A stretch of DNA of 64,000 nucleotides from Trichoplax adhaerens. Taxonomy: Eukaryota; Animalia; Placozoa. Location: the NCBI RefSeq assembly GCF_000150275.1, contig NW_002060952.1, positions 1,974,260 through 2,038,259 on the forward strand, in the 5' to 3' direction. Positions within the stretch are counted from its first letter, which is position 1. Each line of letters starts with the position of its first letter. This document shows, piece after piece, positions 53,101 to 64,000 of this stretch. A model generated the notes under the pieces. That model ran no database searches and was not told the origin of the DNA. It was given only the letters and a program-made list of their open reading frames with translations. A program made the translations under genes and the position numbers.

Positions 53101-54656
53101 TTATTAACAATTGCTTCAATTTTCGCAATCGAATGTACGCTATGTTCTATCACGAATATGTTAGAATTGAACTTGCACTTAACTAGGTAAAGTGTAATTT
53201 ACCGTAAACATAGCCAACAACAGCTTGTTGAATATCTTTATACGTTAAGCCAGCATCGGCTAGGGCGGCTTCACCTACGAGTATAGCAATTAATTTAGTA
53301 TCAGGAAGAAAAAGATATGATCCGTGATTGTACAAAAGTTGGGTAAGCCCAAGTTTTCCTGAAAAAGGATCCAGCAGCAGTACAGTGTTTCGAATATTAT
53401 TAGAAATAAAGCTACTGACTAACCAGCTTCTTTAGCCATATCAGGGTAATCATGAGTAGAAGAAGCAGACGGCTTGAGAAACTTTATACGAATAGATAAA
53501 AGTGAAATGTCAATTTATCAATTCATTTCTCTTCAGGAGATTAAATCATTGATAACACTGTTAACAGTAATCAATTTACTCAATTCTAGAGATGAAATTT
53601 GGCAATATCAATACAATTAAGACAGTGTCTAATGCTGTTAGATACTAAAGTAGACTTGATGCTGTTCATAGTAGCCGATTTACTCAATTTTAGAGAAGAA
53701 ATTAATATCAAAATTTAGCATTCAGGCATGATACTACTATTACCATTACTCGTATACTGTTGATAAAAAGTCTACCGATGGGGAGTGCAAGACATCAATG
53801 CAACCTGGAAGCATAAATAGTATTAAGACAGTGTCCATTTGCTAATAGAGTATTTCATCTTACATTAGAAGTTGCTGGAGTAGTCCAGAACTCTACCATT
53901 GCTATTTAACGTTGCGACGTTATTACTATTTACCATTGTTGATAAAAGTCTACTGATGGGGAGTGCAACCGATGACTGCAACTTGGCAGCATCAATACTA
54001 TTAAGACAGTGTCCACTGTTGTTTACTAATAAGGTATTCAACTTCGCTTAGAAGTTGCTCGAGTAGTCCGCAACTCTACAATCACTCTTTATCGTTTGTA
54101 ACGCTACTCCCTATTTTGCCATACTGTATAGTCAAAAACTCAGTCCTACTATTACCAGGAAATTTTACCTTAAAGCTAAGTAAGAGGAAGACTAAAAGTT
54201 TCAAGAAGAACATCTACGATAGGACGAAAAGACTCTCCTTGAACAAGATAGTACTAAGTACTATCCTCTACACATTCTAGTCTGAAGTATCATCGATTTA
54301 AGCTATACAACTGGATCGATTGGATGATTACTACTATCCAATAAGTTTTTGCTTCAGAGCACCCTTGGCGTGCAATGTTGTTGTTTACGATGGAAATAAT
54401 CATGCCATTATTGGCCATTGCCTATTGCAGTTTAAGCCTGATTTTATCAAGAAAGAGCGTCATCTCCTTTTACAGATCCACGACTACTTGCATAGAAATA
54501 ACTGGATGGCCTATTTCAAGGCTCTATTAACTATGAACGGTAGTTTTAACAACCTATTACGTCTATCATGAGTAAAAGAAGTCATCTGGATCGCCTCCTT
54601 ACCTTAACCAATCCCACCCCGACAACGTAAACAGCGCGTCTCTTTGCAGGCTCCAT
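50165..54656 (-). CDS. SCP2: SCPx: peroxisomal 3-ketoacyl-CoA thiolase fused to an SCP2 domain, ~17 exons
   Basis: Starts [18 protein letters not shown]|FLKP...DYPDMAKEA. Contains [12 protein letters not shown] (catalytic Cys), [11 protein letters not shown] (SCP2-thiolase HDCF loop), [18 protein letters not shown] and [12 protein letters not shown]2 domain exons 50814-, 50648-, 50432- and 50263-50165 end [15 protein letters not shown]...PKANL*. Confidence 0.95.
53600..54127. repeat. Diverged tandem repeat, ~180-190 bp unit, two clear copies plus one partial, in SCPx intron 1
   Basis: ttgataaaa(a)gtctac(c/t)gatggggagtgcaa at ~53760 and ~53939; ttaagacagtgtc occurs three times (~53617, ~53823, ~54001); ttagaagttgct..agtagtcc occurs twice. 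Confidence 0.8.
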
Positions 54657-55221
54657 ACTATTGAATTTTGCTTCAATTTAGATCGTCTGTTAATATAGTA
54701 AAAGGGGTAGATATCGCAGCAATAGTTTCAACGTCGTTTTCCTCCAATAAATGATTCTAATGGTGGCCAAAAAGTCCAATTCGAGCCGTTTGATGGGCAC
54801 TTTAGTTATTCCAATGGTGGCAGGCAGCAGTGGGCCAGTAAGCTTTTCCCTTCTCGATCGTCTTCCTCTTTTTCTTATACGCTCGATAGGCTTGGAACGG
54901 GCTGCGAGTCTCTACCCTGTTTTCATTACTATCGTTATAAACATATCCCAGCACCGCTCGATCGGAACTCCTTGATCGTATTGCCTAGTAGCCAACAATT
55001 TCATCATCATCTAGTCAAATATATCGACAGTATTAATTGACGCAAGCACAAGAGTACTGGATGAATATTTGCACACCTTCACACTAAACTGTAGATTTTT
55101 CCCCCTTGTGATTTCTATTTCATACTTTATCATATTTTATGAAATACTGTTAGAGATACTAATTATACGTGCAACTTTAGAAGCATTTGCAGCCCATGGA
55201 ATAGCACGCAAGAAACGATAT

Positions 55222-56021
55222 CATGCAAATTCTTGAGATGCAACAACTCTTGCATCTGCTAGCCAGACTATACTGCACTAACGTGTAGCTCTAGAGTATG
55301 AAATCTAGTTATTTACTACTGCTTTTTGTCGTCCAAGACATGGAGACCATGGTGATATATCTGACGACTATCTCCTATGCAATAGTCGACTCAGAATCGC
55401 TTCCTTGTTCACAAGCAGAATATGCAAATTCTTGAAATGCAACAACAATTGCAAGAAGCTAGCCAGACTATAACGGCACTGATGTTTAGCTCTAGATTAT
55501 GAAATCTAGTTATTTGCTACTGCATTTTGTCATCCAAGGCATGGAGACCATGATGGTATATCTGACGACTGTCTGCTATGCAATATTCGTCTCACAATTG
55601 CTTCGTTGTTCACAAACAGAACATGCAAATTCTTGAGATGCAACAACCATTGCAGAAGCTAGCCAGAGTATACTGCACTAACGTTTAGCTCTAGATTACG
55701 AAATCTAGTTATTTGCTACTGCATTTTGTCGTCCGTGACATGGAGACCATGATGATATATATCTGACAACTGTCTCCTATGCAATATTCGATTCAGAACT
55801 GCTTCGTTGTTCACGAGCAGAACATGCAAATTCTTGAAATGCAACAACTCTTGCACAAGCTAACCAGACTGTACTTCACTGACGTTTAGCTCTAGATTAA
55901 GAAATCTAGTTATTCGCTACTGCATTTTGTTGTCCATGACATGGAGACCATGATGATATATCTTACGACTGCCTCCTATGCAATATTCGTCTCACAATTG
56001 CTTCGTTGTTCACAAGCAGAA
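55222..56021. repeat. Tandem repeat array, 4 copies of a ~200-bp unit
   Basis: Units begin (c/t)atgcaaattcttga at 55222, 55421, 55622 and 55823. Shared blocks include agctctagattatgaaatctagttatt, catggagaccatg and ttgttcacaagcagaa. Confidence 0.95.
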
Positions 56022-56443
56022 CCGAGATCCCCACTGTTGGACTCAACAGCTTCTAACCTACAATAGTAAGAGGGTCTTTCTTTAGTTTGATCGTCGACTA
56101 CACAAGCAGAATGAATATTAAATCGGATAGTCTGTAGCACAATTTTAAACTTTGATGTGTTTTCCACCGATCAGTATAGGTACTCAAACATGACTCTTTG
56201 TTACACGTCAATGACCACCATACTGCCGTTGTAAGGATTTAGAATGATTTCCAAATATTAAATAATGGCAGTTTGGTGGGTGACTACGCTATGATGTACC
56301 CAAACGGTCATGAAACGACTGGACTAATCAACTTATTTCCATGTCGATCTGATCAACAAACTAAACACCTATCATGAATGGAACCCATAACCTTCTACTG
56401 TATGGACATGTTATTCACACATGCGTAGTCTTTCTCGAACCTC

Positions 56444-56457
56444 GTCTCCATAGTAAC
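56444..56457 (+). promoter_or_regulatory. RFX X-box motif upstream of the ciliary dynein gene
   Basis: GTCTCCATAGTAAC fits the X-box consensus GTHNYYATRRNAAC and lies ~135 bp upstream of the WDR63 ATG. Confidence 0.7.
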
Positions 56458-56590
56458 ACAGGAGAGGGGTAGATTGTCAACGATCATTCTACTATATACG
56501 AAATTGGCTTGAATTTCTTGTTTTTAATGTACCAGGTTAAGAATTCATACAGCTACAGCAATTAATTGCAGTCGAATAAGCCTATCCATC

Positions 56591-59500
56591 ATGCCTGAAA
56601 AAGTTAAGGAAGAAAATAAATCACCGCCGGTTGAAAATGGCGATAACGACGCCGTAGAAGTAGTACCTCCACCAGAATGGATGATTCCATTATTTCTAAC
56701 TTCATCGTCGCAAGCTATCTTTGAATGCAAAGTCGATGAAGAAGTAACAGTCGAAAACCCAAATAAGTTCATCTCCAAAGAGAAGATATTGGAAGATATG
56801 AAAAATCGTTTAGCTATTTCTGATTTTCATCTTGTAAAAGATACTATTGAGGTAATACAATAATATTGTCGTAAAAGATTGTCATCAATTTTCAAGCCAA
56901 GCCTGATGATACAACACCCACAAGTAATGAAATCAGTGTTGTAGGCAATTAATAGCCTTCATTGCATCGCTTACATCTATGTTTCATTCGTACATTACTT
57001 TAAATCTATATAAAGTAATAAAGTTTACCCGACTATTCTTAATAGCAACGACTTTATATCTTTTCCGTTTGATATGAACTGATATTTTACTAATATTTCT
57101 TCCATCTAGGAATATGAAGGAGAAGAAGTATTAATAGTATACGATCCAGATTTCAAATATGGACAGAATTTTTTCCTTTGTAAAACCGAAGAAGCTAAAG
57201 AAAATTTTCTCAATGTAAAGATTGTTTTAGTCTCAATCTATAAAATGCTATAAAGTCAAACTGTAACTATTGAACCCTCAAATACTGCTAAATATCCTTC
57301 TCTGCAGGCTGCAAACAACGAATTGGAAAATGATGCCGAGGAGGCAACCCCTTACGAACCTCGTAGACTGCGAACGCCTCGCCCGTGGTCAAGCTATGGT
57401 AGCGAATTAGAGATCGAAGAAGGGAATATTTGCCAAAGTCGGACCAGGGTGAGCAATCGGTCGTAAATTATAATTTGTTGTATAATATTGTAAAAATTCT
57501 TTTAGCCTCTGTCGTTTATAGTGTAATACATCATAATTTCAGAAAAACTTCTGCCTATCCCGTGCACGCGCAAATTTTGGAAGTCCTCTTAATTTCACAG
57601 ATCGTAACGTTACTGACGTTAAAGATGGCTATATTGAATGCTTACCTTATGACGATAAGACCCATAAGGTCAAAAAACTAGAACATGATGCCGGTATACA
57701 GGTAATATCGCGATATAATAGCCCAAGTTAACATTTTAGACAAGCAAATTTTTCTAATTTGACTGTAAATAGCTCACATGCAACTGAATCCATGTATTTA
57801 TTCAATGCTTTAATACTTAGGCTGTGCCAATTGTCGACGACAGCTACAGTCAAACTATATGGTAATATTGAAGGCCACTAATTACTATAGCATAGTTTTA
57901 TCTATTAATCTAAATAGTACTTAGTTAACGCTAGACCTAACACGTTCAATTATCTTAATAAAGGCCAAAGCCGAGAAATGCCAATACTCAATATGTACCT
58001 CGGGAATTAGCTCCAGATGAAATTGAAGACATTCTAGATTCAGCAAAATTTAAAAAAACAATTGTAGAAGCTATGCCAAGGTAATTTTGAGTCATAAACT
58101 GGCTTTCTCGCAATAAGTTCACAAAAATATATCTGACCACTTTAAAAACTGAATAATTACTAAAAGTTAACAATTCTTTTTATAGGCTCGAACTCGCACT
58201 ACAGCAAAATCAAATTATGAATATCTTCTATGATGATTATGCTGCTTTAACATCATCTGATGGTACTATCGTTAGTCAAAGCAACACAAATTTTAAGGTA
58301 TGGAAAATCGTAGATATTCGTCTGATAGGACGAATATAAGTTGCATAAATATTACAGCGACTGTTGGTAAATTGTTTTATAATAAATACTTGAATGAATA
58401 AGGATCAGGAGTATAAGTGTCAATATCTTAATTTACTATACCTTTGTCATTTTATTTCATAACCGAAAAATCCGCATAAGCTTTCTTGCCCAATTTAAAT
58501 TAACTATCATATAATTACTAAAAATGAATAAGTAATAATTTTAGCTTTAGCGTATGTTACTGAGAGATTAAAATTTAATGTGGCTAACTGTTTACACATT
58601 CGTACTCTTAATCTAGGAATTTCAATCCTTTACCGACTTACAATTTAGTAAAGATAAACATATTACCTGCATTGATTGGCATCCTACTATAAAAGGTAGT
58701 TACGATTAGTGTTCAATCTTAATACTCTTTCACGTAATAAACAAATGTTATCAATTAGGTATTGTTGCTGTTTCCTGCGCTGAAAAATTATCATATTACG
58801 AACGGATTGAGCAATTTTCACGCTGTTTAATGACATCATCATTGATATTAATATGGAGTTTTGCAGATCCTATTCACCCTCAGGTTCATATAAGGATGTA
58901 TTAAAATAATGGAGACGGCTTGCTTTCTGTCATAGCAACTGAATTATGTTCCATTTCAGATTTTGATCTATGATTAATTATCATTGTACTAGTTAATGCT
59001 GGAAGCACCAGATGATATATTTTGCTTCAAATTTAATCCGAGTGATCCAAATCTTGTTGCTGGTGGTTGTATTAACGGCCAGGTAACTAATAAATGCAAA
59101 TATTAAAATTTAAATTGATTGATAATCGTTGTACCAGCAAAATGGTAATACGTAGATTATGTATTAATAACTAAATTCCGTAATATCAGGTGGTAATATG
59201 GGATATTACTGCGCACTCTGATCGATTGCAGCGTCGTGGATATCGTGGTAAAGCCAATGCTAAGAAAAACAGGAATACCATGAATTATTTGGTACATATT
59301 TGCATTTGAAATTTAATTATTAGAGTAGAGGCTTAATTAGGTCCTACTGAATTTATTTCTAAATTGAAAGGATTAATCTTCCTAAATTGACCTAAAAGAG
59401 TAAAACTAGTCATTCTACTTCATGTTTATTCAGCCTGGATTTGATGATCAAGAACAATCGGAACATGCTCCTATCATCAAATATTGTGCAGTTTCTTCGA

Positions 59501-62500
59501 TCGAAGCTAGTCATCGAGCAGCAATTACTGATTTGCAGTGGATACCTGAGCAAATTGAAATCGGTCGTCAAGGTATCGTTATCGAGAATAAATCACAACA
59601 ATGCAACCAACTAATTACATGCTCACCTGACAAGTAAGAAAAATGCTAGCAATGACTATGATCATTTCTATGTATCTTTATAAATTGCTTTTCAATATTC
59701 TTAAAATATAACTTTCATTATCATTGTTATCCGTATAGCTCTGTCTTGTTCTGGGATACAAGATCAAATAAACCGACAGCCAAAGACAAGGAAGATATAT
59801 CACTGACCGCGGTTACGATGCGATTTAAATACCTTGATTTAAATTGGAAACCTATATTGAAGGTTCATTATAATATCAGGATATGCCATAAATAGTAGTA
59901 TAATGAGCATTAGATTTAAACTGCAGTGGATCATGACATCTTAAATACTATTCAGGTGTCATTAGCAAAATCGGAATCCATGAATGAACTGGGGCCTACT
60001 TGCTTTAGTATTTCCTCTCGACATCTTCGAAAGAGTAAGTTGTAATTGATTCCTTTAGTATAAAAGCTAATAAGTTTAATTATGATTAGTTAATAGATTA
60101 AATTCTGTAACTGAATACTATAATCGTAATTTCTGTACTTTTCTAACCTGCTCAGGTAAATCGCACCAACAAACTGCCCTACCTCCAGCTCCTAGCCCGC
60201 AGCGATTAGTCTCAGAGTATAGCAGTGCATCATTTCATTCACCTTCTCCGACAGCCACAAGCCGTGTAAGACCTCTAACATTGGATGGCGTTAACAGCAA
60301 ATTCTTTATTGGTACCGAAGTAAGAGTTTTATTACAGTCTATCAACATATAGTAGATTGCAGTAGATTCTTTGTCTACTTTGAATATGTGATTGAGCTTA
60401 CTATCAGTATAGTAACTCGAGTAAACTAGGATTGATCATTAAAATCGTCATAACTTATTAACTTATTATCAACTTAGGATGGACGATTAGTTTATATCGA
60501 TTGGAAGATGGATAAAGATCCTGATACGGGAAAATTAACTAGTAAGAATGAGCTGATCTCGCTCATACATTCTCTATAAACTGTTTTATTATGTGTTACA
60601 TTTCAACTAAGCTCCAATAAACAAGCTAATTCTTGGGTCTTGAAATTTTTTAGCTGCTAAGCCGGATTATTACCTTAATGCACATGATAGCTACATTAAT
60701 GTTGTTCAGCAATCGCCATTCTTCGATGGTATATATCTTTCCGTTGGACCATGGCATTTTGCCATTTGGAAGGAAGGAATTACGGTAAAATGACATTGCA
60801 ACGAATATTTGTAAAAATCTGTAATTATAGAAATTCTAATGAAAGGCAGAGCCATTTCATTGATTAATCTGGATTTATTTCATAGACTGGACCATTGCTC
60901 ATTTCATCATCCTCGACGAAACGACTTACTTATGGCCACTGGAGCCCTACGCGTCCAAGTAGGTTTTCTATTCCAACATTAATTGTAACTCACGCCTTAA
61001 ATATGATGCACCATGCAGTAGTATTTCTTTTAAACTATCCATTTAACACAATATTATAAAGTCTTGCTGAAATCTTTCTAGTCATGTAAACAGCTTCGTA
61101 CTCATTATATCAGAGTATGATATTTAAACAAAATACAGTATGTACGTTTCATAGGTTGAAATAGCTTATTACTCGTAACAGCGAAATTTCATAAAAAATC
61201 TGAAAAAACCGTTTAATATCCATTTAGTTGAATAATGTAGACTACGAGTCATTAAATGCGATCACATCACGAAAGCTGATTTTGTCCGATATATCGATTA
61301 TACTACTAATATGATATCCAATCTTTAAAAGTTTGCAAAGCTTCTTTAATTTTTACGCGAAGAATATTAATCTGAAACTTTCAAATATCGAAATACTCAA
61401 TTTATTGTAAATCAAAGAACCCACACTACTGCCATTTAAAATTTGGCTTAATAATTACTCGTAGTTTAAACCTATGCGTCTAAACATTGAGACTGAATAA
61501 TTTGTAGTTAGTAAAAGAGCTGATGTAAAGTCAGATAAATATTGGAATTTAGTATTAATTTAAATTGAATTTATCTTCCTAGGTGTTATTTTTATTGGTA
61601 AAGTTGATGGAATGATTGATGTTTGGGATTTATTGGATAGGTTAGACATAGCTATGAAAGTAATTGCATAACATGTGGCTACTAGTGATAAAACACTGAA
61701 AAATGTTCTATCATCGATTTTACTCGAGTAATAATGATGTCAATTTTAATGTGTAGATCGCATGAGCCTTCACTAGTTCAAGATATTTCGTCGGCATCAA
61801 TCACCTACATCTACGCACATCAATTATCTTGTAAGTCTTCCTCTCTTATCCATTAGTAGATTATCGTATTCATAATACCAGATTTAAACATGAAAGAAAT
61901 TAGATTCTATTTCCAGGATTGAATAAAAATCTTAGCACTGAAGTTCTATCATCTTTAAATTGAATATAGCTCGGCAGCAACTTTTAGCAGCGGGCGATAA
62001 AGAAGGAACCCTCAGAATTATGGAAGTACCATGGAATCTCCATCATCCATCCAGTAATGAGGTTAGTAGATATCTTGTAACTTTTTCTCTTTTTCTCTCT
62101 TTATTCTAGTCATAGTTGTAGTTGAGATCAACTCTATCGTCTATCAGTATCGTATCTTATTGTATATTTAGCATTAAATTGTACTAGCGAGGTCATATTA
62201 ATTTTTCAATTACGGTTTGCCAGCGACTAACTATGGAAAATTTCCTGGATCGTGAAATAAAGAGATTAGAATATTCGCTTGATAGACAGGGAATTTTACT
62301 GGAAGAAAAACGCCAGCGTGAATCTGAAAAATCCAAAACAATAACGGTAAAATTCCATATTAAATTTCATATAACAAGTGATATGACTAAAAGTTAATCA
62401 AAGAATGTTCCCGTAGCTATGGACTAATAATGTAAAATATTAATGCATAACAGATGACTCACGCCAACCAGGAAAGTGATTATGAATGGGAACAGAAAGC

Positions 62501-62778
62501 TCAGAGGGTAAGTTAGTGATGACCGAGAGATCATACAGTAGACCTCTCTATTTTATTATTTAATTAATTCGTAATGGCATTTAATGTTCACGCCAAATTC
62601 GACTCAAAATAAGTTAAAAATAGCGCTAATCACAGGCTAACTCGACTTCGTTACTATTTATCCATTGCAAATCAATTCTGCAATCTATTGGCAAATATTT
62701 CAGGAGTATGAAGAATATCTCACTGAAGAAAAGCATTTCTTGGAGGATTTAGGTATCGAACTAAACGATAATGAATAA
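56591..62778 (+). CDS. WDR63: WD repeat-containing protein 63 / dynein axonemal intermediate chain 3 (IC140-like), multi-exon
   Basis: Exons encode PLFLTSSSQAIFEC, LIVYDPDFKYGQNFFLC, PRPWSSYGSELEI, EFQSFTDLQFSKDKHITCIDWHP, IWSFADPIHPQLMLEAPDDIFCFKFNPSDPNLVAGGCINGQVVIWDI, CAVSSIEASHRAAITDLQWIP and WSPTRPSVIFIG; stop TAA at 62776-62778. Confidence 0.9.
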
Positions 62779-63482
62779 GGACAAAAATAGTGCACCACGA
62801 CTATTACCGAAATACTAGCATGGAGTATGGCATGTAATTTAGATGAATTAAATCAAGTAATTTTTATGTACAGTTAGCTGCTTTAAGCATAAAGTGGCTC
62901 CAAACCTAGACTTCAATTTGCTAACAGTAATATAACATTATTGTACTAATTCATTTTACATATGATCTAAGTGAAACGTTGCAATACCGCAAATATTTAT
63001 ACTGTAGTTGTTATTAGTGATATCGAAGAGTAATTTTTACTCTAATTCCTAATTGTACCATCGATTTTTAAGACTCACTGCATAGATTATATCATTATAA
63101 GCATTGTAAGAGCTATAAATTATCGTAGCCCTTCTCTAACAGCGAAAACTAGATAATCTCTTTAATGTGAGTGTGATTAGTTTGTTTGTACATTATTCAA
63201 ATTTTTTTATAAAACGGTTCTCTATTAATTAATCCTGAAATCATGGAACAGTCAATAAATCGGATATTACTACGAAACATAGACAATCTATCAAACTACT
63301 TGAAGAGATATGCAAGTAACTATAGCTGAGTACGGTATGAACTATCAGTTTTCAAATTATGTGGCAATGCATTCATATTTGGAATATGACAGATATTAAA
63401 TCTTGAAATCAATGCATTCAAAATCATGTGTGATATTCGATTACGAACTGAATACAATGATCTAATCTCGAGAATGTACTCA

Positions 63483-63620
63483 CCATCTATGGTACAATTG
63501 TTACCATTGCACTTAGCCGCTATATTATTTACAAAGCAATTTAGTAGATTTGATATCCATCTCATCGTTAGATATTGAAGGCGATCTAATCGTCTATTTT
63601 TGAAGAATATTGAGGATAAC
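63483..63620 (-). other. Possible internal exon of a gene entering from the right edge
   Basis: ttgcag acceptor, open frame LSSIFFKNRRLDRLQYLTMRWISNLLNCFVNNIAAKCNGNNCTID, donor gtgagt; no homology recognised. Confidence 0.25.
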
Positions 63621-64000
63621 CTGCAAATCTTTAGCTTGATGTTATATTAATATGTGAACTAATATAAACTAGGTGCAACAGACTACCTGACCAGTAGCCT
63701 TTCCGTGATAATTACAGTTTATTAGGAATCCTGTACGAATTAATGATCTTTAATTAGCACAATTATTAACATTAAACTACTCTATCGCAGTATTGCAGTT
63801 ATTTATTAACAAACACGTGTATGCGAAAACTTTGATAGAAGTAAGTTTTAAACCATACAAGGTGGAAATAAGATTATGTTAAGAGAATGAATGTAATATT
63901 GATATCGATATATCCTACATAGCCAAGGCTGAGATAAAATTTAAAATTTGTGCCTCCTCCTACATCAACTTAACAGGCTGTTACATCTTAAATAGATATG

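Noticed and set aside
54751-54975. GC-richer 74-aa ORF upstream of SCPx
   Set aside because: No homology or splice support; better explained as promoter or 5' UTR sequence.
55222-56021. 200-bp array as a CRISPR array or as coding ankyrin-repeat pairs (minus frame LHVLLVNNEAIVRRIL)
   Set aside because: Whole units repeat with no unique spacers, the context is eukaryotic, periods of 199-201 bp break the frame, and stops recur in each unit.

Overview
AT-rich, intron-dense animal genomic DNA with short GT-AG introns and many (TACAG)n/CAGTACTG motifs. The style suggests a placozoan (Trichoplax-like) genome, but this is inference only. From left to right: the 5' part of a YTHDC1-like gene (-); two tandem six-exon SLC1/EAAT glutamate-aspartate transporter genes (+) with an intact, intronless, bacterial-type diaminopimelate decarboxylase (lysA) between them (-); a foldback/MITE-like element; and an apparently empty 26-50 kb stretch. 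That stretch hides two extra four-exon SCP2-domain modules (-) ending in the PTS1 signals AKL and SKL, and possibly a many-small-exon gene on +. Next come a 17-exon SCPx thiolase-SCP2 gene (-) ending in KANL, tandem repeat arrays of ~180 and ~200 bp, and a head-to-head WDR63/DNAI3 dynein intermediate chain gene (+) with an RFX X-box. The most notable findings are the putative horizontally acquired lysA in an animal and the triple SCP2 cassette array. All exon models were read by eye.
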